64,000 nt of DNA from Promethearchaeota archaeon (GTDB lineage Archaea; Asgardarchaeota; Lokiarchaeia; Sigyniarchaeales; SOKP01), in the NCBI GenBank assembly GCA_048938005.1, contig JBHLMQ010000005.1, forward strand, positions 50,489 through 114,488. Direction: 5' to 3'. A program made the translations under genes and the position numbers. The notes under the pieces were generated by a model. It did no database searches. It worked only from the letters and a program-made list of their open reading frames with translations, and was not told the DNA's origin. Shown here piece after piece: positions 29,508 to 37,923 of the stretch. Within the stretch, counting starts at the first letter, position 1, and each line of letters opens with the position of its first letter.

Positions 29508-31652
29508 ATGGTTAGGTTTTCTTCTAAAAAATTTATCTACTTTTCTATAATCGTTCTAACTCTTTTTCCCCCAGTCAATTTAAGTCTAAGCTACAGCTTC
29601 ATGAATTTAGTAGAGAATAATATTCCAGAAAATATTCGACTTTCTAATGGATATCCAGACGTCGATTTATCAATTCTACCAGATATCGATTATACTTCCC
29701 TAAATGGTCTCTGGTACAATTCTAAAATCGAAATGTTAATTATAACTCCAAATAGAACTGATTTTATTAATGCCGTAAAACCATTAGCCAATTGGAAAAA
29801 TGAGAAGGGAGTTAAAACTATAATATTAAGTAATTTCTCTTTATATGGGGGGGTTGGGGATGATGATGCAGAAAAAATTCGAAAGATGATAAAATCATAT
29901 TATGAAAAAGAAAATATCCAATGGGTTCTTTTAGCTGGTGATGCTCAAAATGATTTAATCCCCATTAGAGAAGTATATAATCCTGATGTACTTAGATGGG
30001 GAGGTGGCCTACATGAGACTATTCCAGGAGAATACGACAAACCTACAGATTTTTATTACGCAGATCTAACTGGCACTTGGGACAGTGATCAAGATGGAGA
30101 TTGGGGAGAAGGGCCACTACCATTAAATTTGCCAGATAATGAATATGGTTTAGATGAGATCTCATGGATCCCGGAAGTATATGTTGGTCGCTTTCCAGCA
30201 GATGATGCTAATGAACTTGAAATTATAGTGAATAAGACATTGAAATATGAGACTAATCCAGAGATAGGTGATTGGATGAATAGAATGCTTCTAGCAGGTG
30301 GTGTTTCAAGTTATAGTGTTTATGGTGATCCCTCAGGGGAATATGAGAGCGCATTAACAAATTATATACAAGAAAACTATGCAAGTTCAGTATTAAACTA
30401 TACTCATTTAGTAGAAGAAGGAGGAAATCTTACTCGTTCAAATCTCATTACTAATTTTAATGATGGATATTCTACAGTATTAATGGCAGGTCATGGAATT
30501 CCAACAGCTTATTATAGAAACCCAAGTGCACAAGGTTACACTAGATCTGATGCAGATAATAGCTTGAATACGTATAAACCTTCCTTAGTGTATATAGATG
30601 CTTGTTCAACATCGAGTTATGATGCTAATGATAATAATTTAGGGGAAACTTTAATAAAAAGACCTGATGGCGGTGCTATTGGAGTAATTGGGGGATTAAG
30701 AGTAACCTGGTATTTTGAAGATGACTTTAATCTTGAAAAATTGAATCGTGGTAATGCTAAATTGTTTTGGAAAGAATTTTTTGACCAAAAAAAGTTCCAG
30801 CAAGGTAGGGCGCTATATGATTCAAAAGTCGCATATATAACTAGTAATTATTATACGGAAGGGTTTGGTTCAACGGATTATGATTTCGAGCGCAAGAATT
30901 TATTAACATATTGTCTTTTAGGTGATCCTGAACTTGATATTTATACCAATAAGCCAAAATTAGCACAGAATCCTTTTACTGAAAATATTTATGAGGGTCA
31001 ATTAGTCTATATTACAATAAAAGATATCAATGGCAAAATTGTACCTTATGCGAGAGTTCATTTAAAAACATCTGATGGAAAGTATTATTCTGTTTATGCT
31101 GATGAAAATGGTCTAGTAAGCTTTCGTTTACCTGCTCAAGAAACCGAGGTGTATAATGTAATAATAACAGGTCACAATTTAATCCCATCCTATTTCAATT
31201 TTACTACACTTCCAGATAACTTTAAGCCTCAGCTCCTTGGAATAGAATGTATTCCTGAGAATCCGATAACCTCGAAAATGTTAACTTTTAATATTGAAGC
31301 TTATGACAATCGTTCAGGATTAGAGTCATCATACATAATTTTATCAAAAAATAATTTTACCGATGTATCTTATTTTGGTTTATCAAATAATTTTGAAGAT
31401 AATAGTGAAACATTTTCCATTGAGGCGGGGAGATTAACACCTGGAGATTACTCTTACTTCATTTTTATGAGAGATTATGCAAACAATACTAACATATATT
31501 ATGATTCAACCTTCCACTTTATTATACCCAAACCTATGATTGATTATATACTACTTGTTTCTATCGTTATGATTATCGCAATTTTAGGAATTTCTGTTTT
31601 CATTATATATAGGGAAATACAAAAACACTCGCATATTGTTAAAAATATGTGA
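29508..31652 (+). CDS. Peptidase C25 (gingipain family), membrane anchored
   Basis: WVLLAGD, TDFYYADL, EVYVGRFP, AGHG (His), DACS (Cys), LLGDP; N-terminal signal and C-terminal TM. Confidence 0.9.
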   Translation: MVRFSSKKFIYFSIIVLTLFPPVNLSLSYSFMNLVENNIPENIRLSNGYPDVDLSILPDIDYTSLNGLWYNSKIEMLIITPNRTDFINAVKPLANWKNEKGVKTIILSNFSLYGGVGDDDAEKIRKMIKSYYEKENIQWVLLAGDAQNDLIPIREVYNPDVLRWGGGLHETIPGEYDKPTDFYYADLTGTWDSDQDGDWGEGPLPLNLPDNEYGLDEISWIPEVYVGRFPADDANELEIIVNKTLKYETNPEIGDWMNRMLLAGGVSSYSVYGDPSGEYESALTNYIQENYASSVLNYTHLVEEGGNLTRSNLITNFNDGYSTVLMAGHGIPTAYYRNPSAQGYTRSDADNSLNTYKPSLVYIDACSTSSYDANDNNLGETLIKRPDGGAIGVIGGLRVTWYFEDDFNLEKLNRGNAKLFWKEFFDQKKFQQGRALYDSKVAYITSNYYTEGFGSTDYDFERKNLLTYCLLGDPELDIYTNKPKLAQNPFTENIYEGQLVYITIKDINGKIVPYARVHLKTSDGKYYSVYADENGLVSFRLPAQETEVYNVIITGHNLIPSYFNFTTLPDNFKPQLLGIECIPENPITSKMLTFNIEAYDNRSGLESSYIILSKNNFTDVSYFGLSNNFEDNSETFSIEAGRLTPGDYSYFIFMRDYANNTNIYYDSTFHFIIPKPMIDYILLVSIVMIIAILGISVFIIYREIQKHSHIVKNM

Positions 31653-31674
31653 AAAGTTAGTGTAAAAAAACAAT

Positions 31675-32241
31675 TTACTTACCCTTTTTAGATTTATCTT
31701 TCTTCAGATCTAATAGATATAATATAGAACTAATAGTCCCAAATATGCCTTGGATAATTAAAGCTAGAGCGATTAAAAAGACTGCTAAAAGATCATTAAA
31801 AACAAATAAAAAGATAATGATAAAGGTTCCTGCTAACGTGAATTTTAAAAATGAAGAAAATTCGCTAAAGACAATCTTCCAAGTTTTAGTTTTATCTATT
31901 CTAGTTTTAATTTCTTTTTGATACTCATCTTCTCCAGCTTGCTTAATATACCAACTTCCCTCTATATTATTGGCAAACAGCAAAATACTCCACCATAAGA
32001 TGAAGAAACTAAAATAAAAATCCAATAAACCAAGGATAACGATTGGAATTTGCATTATAATCATTCCTTTCCACCCAATTTTTCTTGCTATTCGATTAGT
32101 CTCTAATTTTAATTCTTTAGTAACATATCTAGTACTGATCATATCAAGTAATCTACCAATAATCGTTATTAGAGCGTTTATTAAAAATTGATACCATTGT
32201 ACTTCTTTAAGAATTAATTGAAATATCATGTATTGAAGCAC
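31675..32241 (-). CDS. Hypothetical membrane protein
   Basis: Four to five hydrophobic segments; LDMIST...LETN. Confidence 0.75.
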   Translation of the reverse strand: MLQYMIFQLILKEVQWYQFLINALITIIGRLLDMISTRYVTKELKLETNRIARKIGWKGMIIMQIPIVILGLLDFYFSFFILWWSILLFANNIEGSWYIKQAGEDEYQKEIKTRIDKTKTWKIVFSEFSSFLKFTLAGTFIIIFLFVFNDLLAVFLIALALIIQGIFGTISSILYLLDLKKDKSKKGK

Positions 32242-32351
32242 CCCCGTAGCTATCCTTTTAAATTTAACGTTCTTTATGATAAAGTTTAATTATTAGCTTT
32301 TATTATTCCTATTTACTTATAAGTAGGTATTTTATTATAAAATAACCGAGC

Positions 32352-32359
32352 TTATATAA
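32352..32359 (+). promoter_or_regulatory. TATA box of the 5S rRNA precursor
   Basis: TTATATAA starts about 25 nt before the outer processing stem (32377). Confidence 0.6.
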
Positions 32360-32376
32360 CTGTTAAAATTATCGTT

Positions 32377-32589
32377 TATAACCACATAAATTAGTAGCAA
32401 CTCGCTACTGCGCTGGAACCATCCGAACCCGGAAGTTAAACTTGTCAGCGTTATAGATAGTACTTCAGTTGCGAGTTACAACCCTTTCCGAGTTGTGAGC
32501 GAAATCTGTGGGAAACTATAAACTGTAAGTTCGCTTACGGTCATGGCTTACGAGGATAATACCCGGTCACGCTTGTTTATGTGGTTATA
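32377..32589 (+). repeat. Perfect 14-bp inverted repeat forming the precursor stem around the 5S gene
   Basis: TATAACCACATAAA (32377-32390) / TTTATGTGGTTATA (32576-32589); side hairpin AGTAGC/GCTACT at 32393-32409. Confidence 0.95.
32419..32568 (+). rRNA. rrf: 5S rRNA, circularly permuted, with putative 30-nt intron (32475-32504)
   Basis: CCATCCGAACCCGGAAGTTAA signature, loop E AGTA/GAAA; helices I-V can all be paired, but the conventional 5' part (GCTTACGGTCATGGC...TACCCGGTC, 32533-32568) lies downstream of the 3' part. Confidence 0.92.
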
Positions 32590-32681
32590 CGTGATTAACC
32601 ATTTTAAATTCATCTAAAATTAAGTTTTTATATTATTAATTATATCCTTTATTAATACTGAATAATTCTTTAATTGTAATC

Positions 32682-33224
32682 TTGCCAAAAAAGTGGAAAG
32701 TTATTCTAAAGACTATTGGAAGAAAGTGGTTTCTATTTCTTGTAGTCATTATTATCGTTGTAGCGATATATAATCCAATAGTGGCAATTTGGATGACGGG
32801 TATCACTTTAGTGTTGTTTCTTTTATCATATGTTCCAAGATTGCTTTTTAAAAATAAATTGCAAAAATTTATGAAGAACTTTTATAAAATAGAAGATGAG
32901 TTAATCGCTAGGAAATTTAAAAAGACTCTACAAAAAGTTCAAGATGAGATGTTTAAGTTATCACAAAACCAAGAAAAGAAAAAATGGTTAATTATATTTT
33001 TAAACAAACAATATGTTTTCTATCATCAAAAAACTATTGATGCTTATGAAAAGTATTATAATAAAGGTTATAGCGAAAAAGAAATTCTTGATAATTTGAA
33101 TGATTATAAAATTACCACTAGGGCTGAAATTAAAGCAATTAAAGAAAATCTAGTTAAACTTGACAGAATTAGTGAACGAGAAATCTCTGTTAAGGAACAC
33201 AGAGAAAAACAAAGGTTTTTGTAA
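32682..33224 (+). CDS. Hypothetical membrane-anchored protein
   Basis: Two N-terminal TM helices, basic helical C-terminus. Confidence 0.75.
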   Translation: MPKKWKVILKTIGRKWFLFLVVIIIVVAIYNPIVAIWMTGITLVLFLLSYVPRLLFKNKLQKFMKNFYKIEDELIARKFKKTLQKVQDEMFKLSQNQEKKKWLIIFLNKQYVFYHQKTIDAYEKYYNKGYSEKEILDNLNDYKITTRAEIKAIKENLVKLDRISEREISVKEHREKQRFL

Positions 33225-33426
33225 TTTTCATTTTCTAACAATTTCCTTATTTTACTTCTAATATATTTTAGCAGTTCGATTGAAATTCAGTTGTATCCGT
33301 ATAAGCAATTAGATTTTGAACAGATCTACCAATTTGAATTGATAATTTTCGAAATTTTTCAATTTATAGAATCAATATTAGAGGAAATAAAGCTTAAATA
33401 TTAAAAAATTAAAAAAAAATTGAAGT

Positions 33427-33720
33427 TTATTCTATATCTCCAAAATTTAAATCAAAACTGAAATATTTTCGAACTGGCTTTTTGACATTCCAAACACATT
33501 TTAATCCTCTTTCAAATTGGACAAGATCTCCTTTTTTAAATTCGATCTTCTCTCCAGTATTTGAATCAGTAACTTCTACTTCGCCATCTAAAATATAACA
33601 TGTCTCAGTATCTCCATAGGACCAATCAAATTCACTAACTTCTTTACTCCAAGTTCCCCATGATTTTACATTAAATTTGGTTAATTCTTCTTCAGTTGGA
33701 ATTTTCTTTTTCATTCTCAT
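33427..33720 (-). CDS. Cupin (DUF861/EutQ-like)
   Basis: WGTWSKEVSEFDWSY, ETCYILDGEV, GDLVQF, CVWNV. Confidence 0.88.
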   Translation of the reverse strand: MRMKKKIPTEEELTKFNVKSWGTWSKEVSEFDWSYGDTETCYILDGEVEVTDSNTGEKIEFKKGDLVQFERGLKCVWNVKKPVRKYFSFDLNFGDIE

Positions 33721-34051
33721 AATAAATCATCTTATATACATATCTATTAGTTTTTCTAAAATAAGATTAGTAGTAATTATTATACCGCCATTAATAAAAT
33801 TTATTTTAAAAATCTCTTTTAATGATTTAAATTTGAAAAAAACAATAAAAAACAAAAATAAAAAATTATTATTCAATTCAGTCAATTTCAAAATATCGTT
33901 TCAAAAAAGAATATTAATGCGTTTTATGATTATAATTATAATATAAAAACTGTAATTTTAAAAAAAAAAGCTCTAAATAATTAACATCTAAATATAGTCG
34001 CCCTATATTTATAATTACTTGAATTAAATTAACCTAATATGTGATAATATA

Positions 34052-34573
34052 GTGCCTCAGAAGTTTATCTTAAAACTCCTCACAGCAGGGGAAGGAGGCG
34101 TAGGGAAAACCACACTCCTTCATCGCTATGTTGAGGGGAAATTCTCAGCTGAAACGAAAATGACTATAGGAGTGGAATTTTTCCTTAAAGAAATTGAAAT
34201 TGATAGTAAACAGTGTACGTTGCAACTCTGGGACTTCGGAGGCCAAGAACGATTTCGATTTTTACTTGAAAGTTATGTATTAGGAGCAAAGGGAGCTCTG
34301 CTAATGTTTGACCTCACAAGAATAACTACATTAGAAAATTTACAGCAGTGGATTAATATTGTCCGAAAAGGTGACCCAAATCTTCCCGTTCTCTTTTTAG
34401 GTACAAAATTAGATTTAGAAAATGAGATTATGGTAGATGATGATTACGCTAGATCATTTCTTAATGAATTTGATTTGATTGATTATTTAAAAATCTCTTC
34501 GAAGACGGGCGAAAATGTTAGTAAAGCTTTTGATATGTTAACAAGAAAAATACTAGAGCGCCAAGCCTATTGA
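34052..34573 (+). CDS. Rab-like small GTPase
   Basis: GEGGVGKT, MTIGVEF, WDFGGQERF, GTKLD, SSK. Confidence 0.95.
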   Translation: MPQKFILKLLTAGEGGVGKTTLLHRYVEGKFSAETKMTIGVEFFLKEIEIDSKQCTLQLWDFGGQERFRFLLESYVLGAKGALLMFDLTRITTLENLQQWINIVRKGDPNLPVLFLGTKLDLENEIMVDDDYARSFLNEFDLIDYLKISSKTGENVSKAFDMLTRKILERQAY

Positions 34574-35013
34574 AATCCAATATTAATTTAATTATAATCG
34601 ATTCTAATTTCATTTTACTTCCTTTTCAGTTTAAAGTAGATTATATTAATGAAATTAGATTAAATGTTGAAGGAAATTTAAGATTTATAATATTTCAGCA
34701 GGTTTTAAATGAACTAGAAGCTAAAAGAAAAAGGGAACCAAAAGCTACTAAATTTACAAGGTTTCTTGAATCTGGATTATTATATTTAGAAAGAAAAAAA
34801 GTAGATTACGAAATTGAAATTTTAGAGAATGTCAAAACGGATTATGAAACCACTGATGATTTTTTACTTAGAATGTTAAAAATCCTAAAAGAAGAAAGTC
34901 AAAATATATACTTGGCAACTAATGATTCTAAATTGCGTAAAAAGGCAAAAAAAATTGGTATTAGTATAATATTTCTAAGACAAAAGAAATTTTTATCCAT
35001 CGAAAGAGGTTAA
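34570..35013 (+). CDS. PIN domain protein (Fcf1/Utp24-like)
   Basis: IIDSNF, VLNEL, TDDFL, LATNDSKLRKKA, IFLRQKK. Confidence 0.88.
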   Translation: MKSNINLIIIDSNFILLPFQFKVDYINEIRLNVEGNLRFIIFQQVLNELEAKRKREPKATKFTRFLESGLLYLERKKVDYEIEILENVKTDYETTDDFLLRMLKILKEESQNIYLATNDSKLRKKAKKIGISIIFLRQKKFLSIERG

Positions 35014-35130
35014 AAAAATATAAAAAAGTTAGTACATATTAAAGCTTCAACTGAAACTATTAATATTTAATAAACTCAATATTATTCAATATTTGAAATC
35101 TTATTTATTTTTAAGATTTGAACAAGAAGA

Positions 35131-35646
35131 ATGCCCAAACCAATACTCTTAAAAGTAATTACAGCGGGAGAAGGTGGAGTAGGGAAAACAACGCTTCTTT
35201 ATAGATATATAGAGGGTAGATTCCTAGCTGATACACGAATGACTATAGGAGTGGAATTTTTCCTAAAAGAACTTGAAATAGAAGGAGAAAAAATATTACT
35301 TCAAGTATGGGATTTTGGTGGACAGGAGCATTTCAGAAGTCTTTTAAAGCCCTATGCAAGAGGAGCAAGGGGGGCATTATTACTTTTTGATCTTACAAGA
35401 CCATCAAGTTTAGAGAGAATTGAACAATGGGTTAACATTTGCAGGGGAGAAAATCCTGGTATTCCCATCATATTCTTAGGTACTAAATTAGATCTAGTAG
35501 ATCAAATTACATTTGATGATAATTTTGCATTAAAGTTTAAAAAGAAATTTTGGTTTTTTGAATATTTAAAGATCTCCTCTAAAACTGGTGAAAATGTTAA
35601 TTTAGCGTTTGAATTATTAGCAAAAGAACTTATTAAAAAGTTATAA
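35131..35646 (+). CDS. Rab-like small GTPase (paralog of 34052)
   Basis: GEGGVGKT, MTIGVEF, WDFGGQEHF, GTKLD, SSK. Confidence 0.95.
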   Translation: MPKPILLKVITAGEGGVGKTTLLYRYIEGRFLADTRMTIGVEFFLKELEIEGEKILLQVWDFGGQEHFRSLLKPYARGARGALLLFDLTRPSSLERIEQWVNICRGENPGIPIIFLGTKLDLVDQITFDDNFALKFKKKFWFFEYLKISSKTGENVNLAFELLAKELIKKL

Positions 35647-35673
35647 AGCTATATTATCTTAAAATTTTCATAA

Positions 35674-36861
35674 CTATAGTCTATTTAGGACTATTTTCTT
35701 AATATCTTCTTTACTCAAATTGACTGGATTGTTTTTTAATCCTGCTTTTTCTACTATTTTATCTAAATCTCTTTCATTAATGCCATATTTTCCTAATCGA
35801 TCAATTTTTAATTCTTCTGTCCATCTTTCAAAAGTTTCTATTAATTTCATACAATATTTTTTTATCTTCTGATCTTCTACATCATATTCATCTGTTAGCA
35901 ATGCTCCTATTTGTGCATATTTTTTTAATGCTACCCTACCTGCAGATCCTTGTTTTAGTAACATTTCAATATTCTTCTTAGTGGCTTCCGCTAGAAGAGT
36001 ACCACATACAACACCGTGAGGGATTTTGAATAATCCTCCAATTGGAGATGCTAACCCATGAACAATTCCTAAACCTGCATTAGCAAGAACAATTCCAGAC
36101 ATTAATGAACCATAAGCCATTGTCGCACGTACATTAACATCCGAAGCCCCAGTTGAGCATGCTAACAAAATATTTTTGCTTATATTTTTCATACCACTAT
36201 AAGCTAATGTTTTTGTGATCGGACTACCTTTTGGGGAAACATATGCTTCGAGTAATTGAGTAAAAGCATCCAACCCACAAGCTGCAGAAACCGACGGTGG
36301 GCAAGATATCATAAGTTCAGGATCAATTATTGCAACATTAGGTATTAGATTATCATGTCGAAGTGATTTTTTAAAACCATCAGGACCCACTTCACTAATT
36401 ACTGCATTTTTCGTTGCTTCACTTCCTGTTCCAGAGGTAGTTGGAATTGCGATGTATGGTATTTTTGTTCCGTCGTGAATTTTATTTCCAACTCCTTCAA
36501 GATAATTCTTAATTGAATCATCTTTTGGTATCATAGCTGAAATTGCTTTTCCTGCATCTGTGACACTTCCTCCTCCAATACCAACAACTAAATTTAGATC
36601 TTTTCCTCTAAATTTTGCTGTAGCATCATCAATAAGAGTTGGATTTGGTTCTTCTGAAATTGAAAGTGTTGAAAAATTGACTGATTTCTTCTCTAAGTTT
36701 GAAGTAATTTTATCCCATTTCCCCGATTGTTTAAGTGAGCTTCCACCAATTACTAATAAAATATTATATCCGAATTTGGGAATAAGATTATAAAGTTCGC
36801 TTAGTTTTCCAGCTCCAAAAATTAGGTGCGGAATTCTAGTAAAGCTGAAAGGAGGAATCAT
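35674..36861 (-). CDS. Iron-containing alcohol dehydrogenase
   Basis: GGGSVTDAGK, PTTSGTGSEAT, DAFTQLLE, GIVHG, HGVVC. Confidence 0.95.
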   Translation of the reverse strand: MIPPFSFTRIPHLIFGAGKLSELYNLIPKFGYNILLVIGGSSLKQSGKWDKITSNLEKKSVNFSTLSISEEPNPTLIDDATAKFRGKDLNLVVGIGGGSVTDAGKAISAMIPKDDSIKNYLEGVGNKIHDGTKIPYIAIPTTSGTGSEATKNAVISEVGPDGFKKSLRHDNLIPNVAIIDPELMISCPPSVSAACGLDAFTQLLEAYVSPKGSPITKTLAYSGMKNISKNILLACSTGASDVNVRATMAYGSLMSGIVLANAGLGIVHGLASPIGGLFKIPHGVVCGTLLAEATKKNIEMLLKQGSAGRVALKKYAQIGALLTDEYDVEDQKIKKYCMKLIETFERWTEELKIDRLGKYGINERDLDKIVEKAGLKNNPVNLSKEDIKKIVLNRL

Positions 36862-36997
36862 AGCATTTACCTTTTATCTTTTTATAAAGTCGTGAAAAAT
36901 CTTATATTAAACTATGAATCTCTTTATAATAGGTAAGATTTATAATTTACTCTAGATAATTTGTTTTATAACATAATTATACCATTGGTGGTCTACA

Positions 36998-37333
36998 ATT
37001 AAAAAAGTTCATGAAACCGATTTTGACTATAGAGGTGGAGAATCTGGTGTAAAATATCTTATGAGGGGCCCTTCGATAGATTGGGGAGTTATTTTACTAA
37101 AACCTGGCGAATTAATGGGTGAAAAAGCACACGGTCATAATATAATTGATGAGACATTTTATTTCGTGGAAGGTGATGGTATAATGATCATTGATGACAA
37201 AGAGTACGAAGCACAAGAAGGAAGTGTTTTTCTTTGTGAACCAAAAGAAATGCACAATATCCGGAATGATTCTGATAAGCCAATAAAAGTAGTATTTATT
37301 AAAGGAGAATATAAACCTGAAGATAAAATCTGA
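36998..37333 (+). CDS. Cupin domain protein (probable ATT start)
   Basis: HGH...ETFY and EMHNI metal motifs; frame is open upstream of the track start 37061 to a GGTGG-N6-ATT. Confidence 0.8.
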   Translation: MKKVHETDFDYRGGESGVKYLMRGPSIDWGVILLKPGELMGEKAHGHNIIDETFYFVEGDGIMIIDDKEYEAQEGSVFLCEPKEMHNIRNDSDKPIKVVFIKGEYKPEDKI

Positions 37334-37367
37334 TTTGTATAGTTCAAATGCGAACGAGGAAAAAAAT

Positions 37368-37745
37368 ATGGCTAAAAAAAAAGGAAAAGGAAAGAAGAGA
37401 CCTGGGCCTCAAGAAGAGCCCGTAATTACTCGTGTTAAATTCCCCAATAAAGAATTAGGAGAAATATTTGGGCGCGTTGTGGGGATTCTTGGAAACGATC
37501 GAATGGAGGTTTTTTGTGAAGATGGGAAACATAGAATAGGGAGGATACGAGGAAAAATAAAAAAAAGGGTATGGATAAGGATTGCAGACCTTGTGATAGT
37601 GAATCCGTGGGATTGGGAAACAGAGACTCCAGATAAGATGGGTAAGTGTGAGATTAGTTGGAGATATATGAAACATGAGATCTCTTGGCTCGAACGAAAA
37701 AATAAAATACCCGAGATTTTAAAAATAAATAATATACCCCTCTAG
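37368..37745 (+). CDS. eif1a: Translation initiation factor 1A
   Basis: LGNDRMEVFCEDGKHRIGRIRGKIKKRVWI; ATG 37368 after GAGG. Confidence 0.95.
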   Translation: MAKKKGKGKKRPGPQEEPVITRVKFPNKELGEIFGRVVGILGNDRMEVFCEDGKHRIGRIRGKIKKRVWIRIADLVIVNPWDWETETPDKMGKCEISWRYMKHEISWLERKNKIPEILKINNIPL

Positions 37746-37923
37746 TTGGAAAAATCCATCAAATTACTAGATGATATTATAAATATAATTCTATTAAGGA
37801 TAAAAATATAAAATTCTAATAAAAAGCAAAAATTTTTAATTTTATAAACTATTACTAATATATACTTATTTTCCAAAAAATTTTCTAAAAAAACCTAAAT
37901 TCAAATAGGCTTCGTGATATAAA

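Noticed and set aside
32419-32568. Two truncated tandem 5S copies or an assembly chimera
   Set aside because: The two parts are complementary with no duplicated sequence, joined by a tetraloop, and enclosed by a promoter, a perfect stem and a BHB-like motif; disfavoured, though only reads can exclude it.
33270-33355. Weak nested hairpin between convergent genes
   Set aside because: Mostly A-T pairs in an AT-rich background; could be chance or a terminator.
33677-33946. 89-aa ORF and similar short antisense ORFs across the window (e.g. 9511-9741, 16190-16567, 28888-29241, 52516-52869)
   Set aside because: Low-complexity or antisense to well-supported genes, with no motifs.
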